DNA of 51,812 bases from an uncultured Actinomycetota bacterium (GTDB lineage: Bacteria; Actinomycetota; Geothermincolia; Geothermincolales; RBG-13-55-18), in the NCBI GenBank assembly GCA_964529285.1, contig CAZGWK010000004.1:25868-77679 (forward strand), given 5' to 3'. Below, in pieces: positions 1-7,748 of the stretch. Position numbers and translations under genes: made by a program. Under the pieces are notes generated by a model. That model was not told where the DNA came from. It made no database searches and worked only from the letters and a program-made list of their open reading frames with translations. Every line of letters starts with the position of its first letter. The stretch's first letter is position 1.

Positions 1-562
1 CCTGCTGCTCTTCCCCTGCCTGCCGCTCTTCGTCCAGCATATCTATCATGTCCTGCAACACCTCGCCGGGCATGTCTTCCTCCGTGACCTCCGGTGCCGG
101 GAAGAGTTCCTCGAGCCATACCCGCATGCTCTCCGGCAGGTTATCCTTCACCCAGCCCTGATCGGGATAATTATCGCGCACGTAAGCCCAGACGTTACCG
201 CCGCCGTCCATCTCCTCCTGGAGGGTGTTCTGCAAGCCATCCTGCGCTCTCAGGAAATCGGTGCTGTTCTCTCGCATTCTGGCCTCGCTGGTATGTACCA
301 CTATCCAGACTTCTTCCGCACCCTTTACGGCCCGGGCCACGGTAAAAGACCTGCGGTAACCCGGGAGAAGAATGGCCAGGAGCACTATGGCCAGGATGAT
401 CAGGGTAACCACGTTTACCACGATCGCCCCTATCAGGCTTACCTTGCGCCGCTTTTTCTCGACCTCGGGAACCCCGGCGCCCGTAAAGCCCTCTCCTTCT
501 CCTCCCGAGCCCTGCCTGCCGGGCATATCCTCCATCCCCGCCGTGTCGTCCTGTTTGTCCAT
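1..562 (-). CDS. Hypothetical single-pass membrane protein (runs off the window start)
   Basis: Not in the ORF track. ATG at 562 follows a GGAGGTG SD, and the frame is open to the window edge. It reads MDKQDDTAG...KKRRKVSLIGAIVVNVVTLIILAIVLLAILLPGY..., a basic patch, one hydrophobic helix, then an acidic domain. Confidence 0.75.
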   Translation of the reverse strand, partial: MDKQDDTAGMEDMPGRQGSGGEGEGFTGAGVPEVEKKRRKVSLIGAIVVNVVTLIILAIVLLAILLPGYRRSFTVARAVKGAEEVWIVVHTSEARMRENSTDFLRAQDGLQNTLQEEMDGGGNVWAYVRDNYPDQGWVKDNLPESMRVWLEELFPAPEVTEEDMPGEVLQDMIDMLDEERQAGEEQQ

Positions 563-906
563 CTACATCACCTCCATCCAGGAATCCTTCTCCGCACGTC
601 CCTTTAATCCTTGCCTCCGGCCTTGTTGTCCCGGGATCGGCCAGCGCCCGCATAGGGGCGTTTTTCCGCAAGCGCCATACTGTCCCACGCCGCGCTGTTC
701 GCCGTACCGTGCCCGGGCCGGAACCCGCCCGATACCCTGTCCCTGCTATATTATTATGTACAGCAAGCAGGGCACCAGCCACCCATAAGAGTTGCGAAAG
801 GAACTGCGGGTTCCGAAACGCCGTCTGCTAAAGATGAACGTTTGGGGAATAATGGTGCTTGCAAGGAAGCATGCGAACGGTCCGGGAACTTGTACTATGA
901 GCAGAG

Positions 907-2091
907 GTGATGATCATGACCGAGAACTATGAAATGCCGCCGCAACCGCCGCGCATCCCGCCGGAACCGCCTTTTTCCTCCCCCCCACCCGGTTCCCGAG
1001 GGGGAGCCAAGACCGTCGTCATCGCAGTGGTGCTCGCGATCGTGGTGGCGGTCGGCGCCGTTTTTCTCGTGCCCGTTATCTTCGGCGCCAACCCCGTAGA
1101 CGTCCTGAGCGGCAGGGAAAAGGAGACGGTTCAGGAGATCAAGACCGTGGAGGAGCGCGTGGTCAAGGCCGGCCAGGAGGCAGTGGTGGAGGTGTCCCTG
1201 CGCGTCCTGCCCTCGGTAGTGAATATCGAGGTGGAGTTCGGCAGCTTGGCCGCGGGCATCGGGTCGGGTTTCATCTACAGTTCGGACGGGTACATCGTGA
1301 CCAACAATCACGTTGTCGAGGATGCGACCAGGATAAAGGCGTCCCTGCGCGACGGCACCAGCTTCGAAGCCGAGGTCGTCGGGACGGACGCGGATACCGA
1401 TCTGGCCGTGCTCAAGATCGACGACTCCGATCTCCCCGCCGTGGAACTGGGCTCGTCTTCAGACCTGGTGCAGGGAGAGCTGGCGGTCGCCATGGGGAGC
1501 CCGGAGGGCTTCGAGGGCAGCGTCACCGGCGGTATCATCAGCGCACTCAACCGCAACATCTACGTCACCGAAACCCAACCCCTCCTGGACGTGATCCAGA
1601 CGGATGCGGCCATCAACCCGGGAAATTCCGGCGGCCCACTATGCAACAGCGTGGGCCAGGTGATCGGGATCAATACCGCCATTTTTTCGCAGAGCGGGGG
1701 CTACGACGGCCTGGGGTTCGCCATCGCCATCGACAACGCCAAGCCGGTGATCGAAGAGCTCATCGCAAAGGGGTTCGCCACCCACCCCTGGCTTGGCTTC
1801 GTAGGCAGCACCCTTGACCCGGAGACGGCCGAGAGTTTCGATCTGCCGGTGCAGGAAGGGGCCATAGTGCGCAGGGTGGTCGAGGGATCGCCGGCGGACC
1901 TGGCCGGCCTGCAGGCGGGAGATATCATCGTTGCCCTGGACGGGATGCCGGTGGCTTCCATGGACGAGGTGATGCTGGAGATCCGCAAGCGTGAGGTGGG
2001 AGACACGGTTACCATCACCTACTTCCGCAACCGGCAGGAAAGCGAGGCGACCACCGTCCTCGAGGAAAAGCCTTCCGAGCTGCCGCGGTGA
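907..2091 (+). CDS. htrA: HtrA/DegP-family membrane-anchored serine protease with one PDZ domain
   Basis: N-terminal TM helix, catalytic triad motifs TNNHVV, DLAVLK and GNSGGPL, and a C-terminal PDZ (WLGF...GSPADLAGLQAGDII). The real start may be ATG 916. Confidence 0.93.
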   Translation: MMIMTENYEMPPQPPRIPPEPPFSSPPPGSRGGAKTVVIAVVLAIVVAVGAVFLVPVIFGANPVDVLSGREKETVQEIKTVEERVVKAGQEAVVEVSLRVLPSVVNIEVEFGSLAAGIGSGFIYSSDGYIVTNNHVVEDATRIKASLRDGTSFEAEVVGTDADTDLAVLKIDDSDLPAVELGSSSDLVQGELAVAMGSPEGFEGSVTGGIISALNRNIYVTETQPLLDVIQTDAAINPGNSGGPLCNSVGQVIGINTAIFSQSGGYDGLGFAIAIDNAKPVIEELIAKGFATHPWLGFVGSTLDPETAESFDLPVQEGAIVRRVVEGSPADLAGLQAGDIIVALDGMPVASMDEVMLEIRKREVGDTVTITYFRNRQESEATTVLEEKPSELPR

Positions 2092-2316
2092 CCCCTTGCC
2101 CGCACGCATCCCCGTAAAAAGAGGTGGCGGAAGCGGGCGTTACCTCCCGCTTTGCGGTTATAATCTTTTGGGAGCCGCCGGGAACAGGGCCTTGCGGACG
2201 AGCTCGCCGCGCCGCCGGCATCGTCCGGCAGAGTGCCGTCCGCCCTTGCCGGGTCGCGCCGGCACCACAGGGCCTTGCGGCAGCGCCCTGACGCCGGTCG
2301 CGTCGAGGAGGGAACC

Positions 2317-3999
2317 TTGATCGCCAAAGAACTGCGGGAGCTGATCGCCGCCGCCATCAATGGAGCGGCCGACGCCGGAGAGATACCCCCGGCAGCCGCC
2401 CCCGAATTCGTCCTCGAGCGCCCGCGGCTCAAGGCCCATGGAGATTGGGCAACCAATGCGGCCCTGATACTGTCGCAGAGCGCCGGGCGCAGCCCGCGGG
2501 ATATCGCCGACATCCTTGCCAGGCGCCTGCGGGAAAGCCAGCCGGACGGGGAGGGTACGCTGCAGGCGGTGGAGGTCGCCGGTCCCGGCTTCATCAACAT
2601 CACTCTCGGCCGCGACCGCTTGCTCAAGGAACTGGCTCGGGTGGCCGGCGAAGGGGAGGCATACGGGCGCTGGAGCTTCGGCGAAGGCCAGCGCTTCAAC
2701 GTGGAGTTCGTGTCGGCCAACCCCGTAGGCCCCCTGCACGTGGGCCACGGTCGCTGGGCGGCGCTGGGCGATGCCCTGTGCAACCTGCTCGAAGCCGCAG
2801 GTTACGCGGTCGACCGCGAATTCTACCTGAACGACCACGGCACCCAGATGGAGATCTTCGCGGCTTCCGTGGAGGCGCGCTACCTGGAGCTGGCCGGTGA
2901 GGACGTGGAGTTCCCCGCCCAGGGATATCACGGCGCCTACATAGCGGATATAGCCCGCGATCTTTTTGCTGAGGATGGTGGTAGTTCGCTGAACCTGCCG
3001 CCCGGAGAGCGGCGCGACGAACTGGGCGAGAGGGCTTACCGTGCAGCTCTCCGCCACATACAGGACTCCATGGCCTCCTTCGGCGTCGCCTTCGGCACCT
3101 GGTTCAGCGAGCGCGAACTGCAGGAGGCCGGCGCGGTGCAAAAAGAGGTGCGCGGCCTTATCGAGGACGGCCTCGCCTACGAAAAAGACGGCGCGGTTTG
3201 GATGGCTACCTCGCGCTTCGGTGACGACAAGGACAGGGTGCTGGTGCGCAGCAACGGTGCTCCCACCTATTTCGCCGCGGATATCGCCTATCATCTGAAC
3301 AAGCTGGCGCGCGGTTACGATCGTCTCATCAATATCTGGGGCGCCGACCACCACGGTTACGTACGCAGGATGCAAGCCGCCATGGAAGCACGCGGATTCC
3401 CGCAGGTTCTGGAGGTCATCCTGGGTCAACTGGTCAACCTGAAGAGGGGCGGTGAGCCGGTACGCATGTCCAAGCGTACCGGCGAGATGGTCACCTTCGA
3501 CGAACTGGTGGAGGAGGTGGGGCGGGATGCCGCCCGCTACCTCTTCCTCACGCGCAGCCAGGATACCGCACTGGACTTCGACATTCAGCTGGCAGTCGAA
3601 GAAAGCATGGATAACCCCGTTTATTATGTCCAGTACGCACATGCACGCATTTGCAGCATCCTTCGCTACGGCCTGGGGAAGGGGGTAGATCTTTCGGAAG
3701 ACATTCCCGCGCTGGAGACCCTGCGGATGCTGGAATCGGAAGAAGAGGCGGATCTTGCCTTGAAGATCTTCGAGTTCGAGGAGCTGGTGAGGGACGCCGC
3801 CCTGGACCGGACTCCCCACCGCCTCACCCGCTACCTCGAGGAACTGGCGGCCGTATTTCACGTTTTCTACAACCGTCACCGCGTGATAAGCGACGATGCG
3901 GAGCTTACCTCTGCGCGCCTCTTCCTGGTGCGCTGCGCCCGGCAGGTCATCCGCAACGGGCTCGGCATCCTCGGCGTCTCGGCCCCGGAAAGCATGTAA
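2317..3999 (+). CDS. argS: Arginine--tRNA ligase
   Basis: Motifs EFVSANPVGPLHVGH (HIGH), WGADHHGY, RMSKRTG and YVQYAHARICSI. The start is taken as TTG 2317 after a GAGGAGG SD. Confidence 0.97.
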   Translation: MIAKELRELIAAAINGAADAGEIPPAAAPEFVLERPRLKAHGDWATNAALILSQSAGRSPRDIADILARRLRESQPDGEGTLQAVEVAGPGFINITLGRDRLLKELARVAGEGEAYGRWSFGEGQRFNVEFVSANPVGPLHVGHGRWAALGDALCNLLEAAGYAVDREFYLNDHGTQMEIFAASVEARYLELAGEDVEFPAQGYHGAYIADIARDLFAEDGGSSLNLPPGERRDELGERAYRAALRHIQDSMASFGVAFGTWFSERELQEAGAVQKEVRGLIEDGLAYEKDGAVWMATSRFGDDKDRVLVRSNGAPTYFAADIAYHLNKLARGYDRLINIWGADHHGYVRRMQAAMEARGFPQVLEVILGQLVNLKRGGEPVRMSKRTGEMVTFDELVEEVGRDAARYLFLTRSQDTALDFDIQLAVEESMDNPVYYVQYAHARICSILRYGLGKGVDLSEDIPALETLRMLESEEEADLALKIFEFEELVRDAALDRTPHRLTRYLEELAAVFHVFYNRHRVISDDAELTSARLFLVRCARQVIRNGLGILGVSAPESM

Positions 4000-4092
4000 G
4001 GGGTCAGGCCCGGACATGGGACATTTTTCATCGCACATAGCGGATTCTGTAGCAGGGTTAATTGAAAGTGTCCCATGTCCGGGCCTGACCCC
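4000..4092. repeat. Perfect 24-bp inverted repeat (REP/MITE-like) between convergent genes
   Basis: GGGGTCAGGCCCGGACATGGGACA (4000-4023) and its exact reverse complement (4069-4092), with a 45-bp spacer. Confidence 0.85.
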
Positions 4093-4115
4093 ATCTTCTG
4101 GCACCATACTCTAAT

Positions 4116-4898
4116 TTAGAGGAGCGGTTTTAATCTGGCCAGCGTCCAGGCGACCGCCTTGTCCATCGCCTCGGGGTTCAGTCTCAGCTTGTGCCCTCCC
4201 CCCCTTACGATAAAGAGCTCCTTGGGCTCAGCGGCCGCATCGTACAGGCTTTGTGCGTCCCTCACGGGGACCGTTTCGTCCGCGTCCCCGTGTATGATCA
4301 GCAGTGGCGTGGGCGCTACGCGGCCTACGAAGTCTATGGGGTCGTGGGCGATCATATCCTCGTAATATTCATCCCTGGAGGGCGGGAACGAAGGGTCGCG
4401 GATGATGCCGATAGCACGCGCGTGGGCAATGAAACCCTCCATGTCCTCCCTGGTCGTCAAGGGGGAGAAAGCCGCGGGCGCGGAAAGGGCGGCCACTCCG
4501 GCGAACGGCCCGTGCCGGGCGGCACAGATGATGGAGACCGCGCCTCCCCCGCTGAAGCCCATGAGGGCTATGCGCTCGGGATCGCATCCTGCGAAGGCTC
4601 CGCTCCCCCCTCGTGCCGCGCTAAGCAGCGTCTCCAGGTCCCTTGCCCATCCGCCCAGGGAAAAATCGCCTTGCGAAAGCCCGGTGCCGCGGAAGCTGAA
4701 GTAGCATGACGCTGCTCCGCCTTGTACGCATCGCCTGGCCAGTGACTCGTAACCCGTATCGCCGGGAGCGGGAGCGGCACCGCTGGGTATGCCGTGGCAG
4801 AGGACGATCAGCGGCGGCTTCTCCCGCGACGCAGGAAACATCAACGCGCCCTCCAGCCTGACGCCGTTCGAGTCGAGTACCAGCTCCCTTTGCATCAT
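4116..4898 (-). CDS. Alpha/beta-fold hydrolase
   Basis: Motifs LCHG, nucleophile elbow GFSGGG, IIHGDADETVP (Asp) and GGGH (His). Start ATG 4898 is chosen by SD spacing; the ORF extends to 4949. Confidence 0.88.
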   Translation of the reverse strand: MMQRELVLDSNGVRLEGALMFPASREKPPLIVLCHGIPSGAAPAPGDTGYESLARRCVQGGAASCYFSFRGTGLSQGDFSLGGWARDLETLLSAARGGSGAFAGCDPERIALMGFSGGGAVSIICAARHGPFAGVAALSAPAAFSPLTTREDMEGFIAHARAIGIIRDPSFPPSRDEYYEDMIAHDPIDFVGRVAPTPLLIIHGDADETVPVRDAQSLYDAAAEPKELFIVRGGGHKLRLNPEAMDKAVAWTLARLKPLL

Positions 4899-5226
4899 GT
4901 ACATGCCTCCGTGCGAACGAACATCTAAGCGCTTGAGGACCTCTCGCATGCCGAGCCCCGGAGCGTGCCTGTAAGCGTTTGCCGTTTACTCAGAGATGGT
5001 AGCAGAAACCCCCCGGACCTCGACAGGCCCGTGCTACACCATGTTTACCGCGAACAGGCAGCCCCTTGCGCTGTCGCTGCGCCGGAAACTCCCGCATCGA
5101 GCGTTTTTGGGTAGCCTGGTTTAAGCAACCATGGCCATGGGTATACCTTAGCGGGGGTACAAATCTCGGGTCGCGATTGGGGACAGGCCGGAACCTCCCG
5201 TAACACCGGCGGGATCGGGAGGAAAG

Positions 5227-5261
5227 GAAGGGCACCCGCTTCTTGCGGGGCCTTCTTTTTT
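5227..5261 (+). terminator. Imperfect hairpin plus T-tract (intrinsic terminator-like; possibly the 3' end of a small RNA)
   Basis: GAAGGGCACCCGC-TTCTT-GCGGGGCCTTC-TTTTTT, with no protein gene directly upstream on this strand. Confidence 0.4.
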
Positions 5262-5426
5262 ACCGCGCTCCTCGTCCGGTATTAAAGCGGGCCTTCCCGC
5301 AGGTATACCGGATAATGGGTATCACGCTTGCACTCCGCCGGCCGTCATATGTCATTGTCTATAAACATCGCCGTCACTATGCTCGATATATAAATGGTGA
5401 AGGCGAAAGACTCGAGCGGAGGTGCG

Positions 5427-6380
5427 ATGGATCCCGCAGACAGATCACAGGGCCTGGCTGGCCGCGCGCAGGCGCTTGCCGAAAACATACGCCTGGTCAT
5501 CCGGGGCAAGGATCCGCAGGTGGACATGGCGGTTATCGCCCTCATCAGTGGGGGACACCTGCTCGTAGAGGACGTGCCCGGCGTGGGCAAGACCATGCTT
5601 GCGCGCTCTCTCGCCCTTTCCATCTCCGCTTCCTACCGCCGCATACAGTTCACGCCGGACCTTCTTCCCTCGGATATCACCGGTACCGCCATCTACAACC
5701 AGAAGAGCAGCGAGTTCGAGTTCCGACCCGGCCCGGTCTTCGCGAATGTTGTCCTGGCCGACGAGATCAACCGCGCTACCCCCCGCACCCAATCGAGCCT
5801 TCTCGAGGCGATGGAGGAAAGTCAGGTGACGGTGGACGGCACGACGCATGCCCTACCGCAGCCTTTCTTTGTCATCGCCACCCAGAACCCACTGGAATAC
5901 CACGGCACTTACCCGCTGCCCGAGGGTCAGCTCGACCGTTTCTGCATGAGCGTGACCCTGGATTATCCCCAGGAAGATTACGAGAAGGAGATCGTGGAGA
6001 GCCAGCTGCTGGAGCACCCTGTAGCCGGGCTGCGGCAGGTGCTGTCGGCCGAGGAGCTTCCGGTGCTGCAGGAAGCCGCCCGCTCAGTGTGCGTGGATTC
6101 GGACGTACTCGCCTACGCGGTCAGCCTGGTAAGGGCGACGCGTGAAGAGGAGGGCCTTTCCGCGGGGGCCAGCCCGCGCGGCACCATATTCCTGGTACGT
6201 ACCTCCCAGGCCAGGGCTTTTATGTCGGGGCGCGACTTCATCACTCCCGACGACATCAAGGCCATGGCCGCTCCCGTGCTCTCCCACCGGGTCATACCGG
6301 CCTCGCGCTCACAGGGTCTCGGCGAATCGCGCGCGGTCGTATCGCGTATCCTCTCGCGCCTGCCGGTCCCGGTATTGTAG
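5427..6380 (+). CDS. MoxR-family AAA+ ATPase
   Basis: Motifs EDVPGVGKT, RIQFTPDLLPSDITG, LADEINRATPRTQSSLLEAM, ATQNPLE and GTYPLPEGQLDRF. ATG 5427 follows GGAGGTG. Confidence 0.95.
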   Translation: MDPADRSQGLAGRAQALAENIRLVIRGKDPQVDMAVIALISGGHLLVEDVPGVGKTMLARSLALSISASYRRIQFTPDLLPSDITGTAIYNQKSSEFEFRPGPVFANVVLADEINRATPRTQSSLLEAMEESQVTVDGTTHALPQPFFVIATQNPLEYHGTYPLPEGQLDRFCMSVTLDYPQEDYEKEIVESQLLEHPVAGLRQVLSAEELPVLQEAARSVCVDSDVLAYAVSLVRATREEEGLSAGASPRGTIFLVRTSQARAFMSGRDFITPDDIKAMAAPVLSHRVIPASRSQGLGESRAVVSRILSRLPVPVL

Positions 6381-6389
6381 GAGGTCGCA

Positions 6390-7748
6390 TTGCTGTTCTC
6401 GCGGTCACTCATGGTATTCTTTCTCTCCGTCACCATGATCCTTATCGGCATAAACTCCCAGTCTGGATGGATGTTCTGGCTGGCGAGCCTTCTCCTGGCC
6501 GCCCTGGGCGTCTCCTGGTTACTCTCCCTTCTCCAGGTAAGAAAGCTGTCCCTGGACCGCCGCAATCCGCCCGAGATAGACGAGGAGGAGGCGTTGCGGG
6601 TTACCCTTGATATCCACAACCATGGACGCCTCTCCCGCAACCTCATTGCGGTCATCGACGAGGATCCCGCCTGCGGCGCCGCGCGCAAGCGCCCGCGTCT
6701 TAGGGCGAAACACAAGAAGCTGCGCGAACAGTTGAGAGACCCCAGCCCGCCCGAGAAGGAGTCTCCTGCCGAGGCAGGCGGCCGCGCCGCCTTCCTCGTC
6801 ACGCACGTAAAGGGCGGGGGCGATGCCTCCTTCACCTACCGGCGCGGCAGGCTGCGCAGGGGGATATACGAGGACTGGCCGGGCTACTTTTACTCAGAGG
6901 GGATAATCGGTCTTGCCCGCCATACCGGCCGCGCGCACGCCGAGTCGCGCCTGGCGGTACTGCCCCACTTCGAGGAGTTGGGCAGTTTTCCACTGGTTGA
7001 CTCGTTCCTGCACCACCAGAGGACGCCCCAGGAATATTCCTCCCAGAAAGGGGCCGGCATCGATTATTACGGGGTGAGGGAGTTCCGATCCGGCGATCCG
7101 CTGCGCCACGTGCACTGGAAGACCACGGCGCGCCGGGGCGAACTGGTGGTGAGGGAATTCGAGACGGAGACGGGCACCCCGCTGATGGTGCTCATCGACA
7201 ACCGGGCTGAGGCCCATGTCCGCGAGGAGAACGGATTCGTCCTGGACGCGCAGGCGCGTCTGGCGGCGAGCGTGGTGCATTACGCCCATTATGCCGGGCA
7301 TCCCGTTACGCTTGCCTCTTACCGCGGCGAGACCCCGGAGCTCCACGACGTGCGGAGCTTCCATGATGCCTTGAGGTGGCTGGCCGCCCTGGAGCCGGTG
7401 GCGGACGCCGGCCTCGAACGGCAGGCGGAGGGTTTGTGGAACGAGCTGTCGCCGGGATGCTTCTTCTGCTGTATCACTCCGGCCCGCAGCATCGATTGCT
7501 CCCGGCTAGCCGCGGCCCTGCCCCATATGTGCCACGCTGCCCTGGTGTTCGTCGATCCCTTGTCTTACGGCGGAAACGTCTCGGCGCCCCCCGCGGCCCC
7601 GAGCCCCGAGCAAGCCGTATGCGGCCTGGTCCAGGCGCCCTTTCCGGGGCTCTTCAGTATATCCCTGTTTCGTAAGGGGGACGATCTTAAGGCATGCCTG
7701 CAAAAACCATTGATTATCTACGGCGAATCAACGCCCCGCGGGAGATAG
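6390..7748 (+). CDS. DUF58 domain membrane protein (MoxR partner)
   Basis: Two N-terminal TM helices and the DUF58 core GVREFRSGDPLRHVHWKTTARRGELVVREFE. Confidence 0.9.
   Translation: MLFSRSLMVFFLSVTMILIGINSQSGWMFWLASLLLAALGVSWLLSLLQVRKLSLDRRNPPEIDEEEALRVTLDIHNHGRLSRNLIAVIDEDPACGAARKRPRLRAKHKKLREQLRDPSPPEKESPAEAGGRAAFLVTHVKGGGDASFTYRRGRLRRGIYEDWPGYFYSEGIIGLARHTGRAHAESRLAVLPHFEELGSFPLVDSFLHHQRTPQEYSSQKGAGIDYYGVREFRSGDPLRHVHWKTTARRGELVVREFETETGTPLMVLIDNRAEAHVREENGFVLDAQARLAASVVHYAHYAGHPVTLASYRGETPELHDVRSFHDALRWLAALEPVADAGLERQAEGLWNELSPGCFFCCITPARSIDCSRLAAALPHMCHAALVFVDPLSYGGNVSAPPAAPSPEQAVCGLVQAPFPGLFSISLFRKGDDLKACLQKPLIIYGESTPRGR

Noticed and set aside
94-788. Four ORF-track ORFs (94-345, 195-782, 293-607, 372-788)
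   Set aside because: They overlap the better-supported minus-strand gene starting at 562, which has an SD and a TM helix.
4000-4092. Tn3-family transposon ends
   Set aside because: It begins with GGGG, but the repeats are 24 bp rather than 38 bp and there is no 5-bp target duplication.
2158-4107. 649-aa minus-strand ORF
   Set aside because: Antisense shadow of argS, expected from GC-rich codon usage, with no recognisable motifs.
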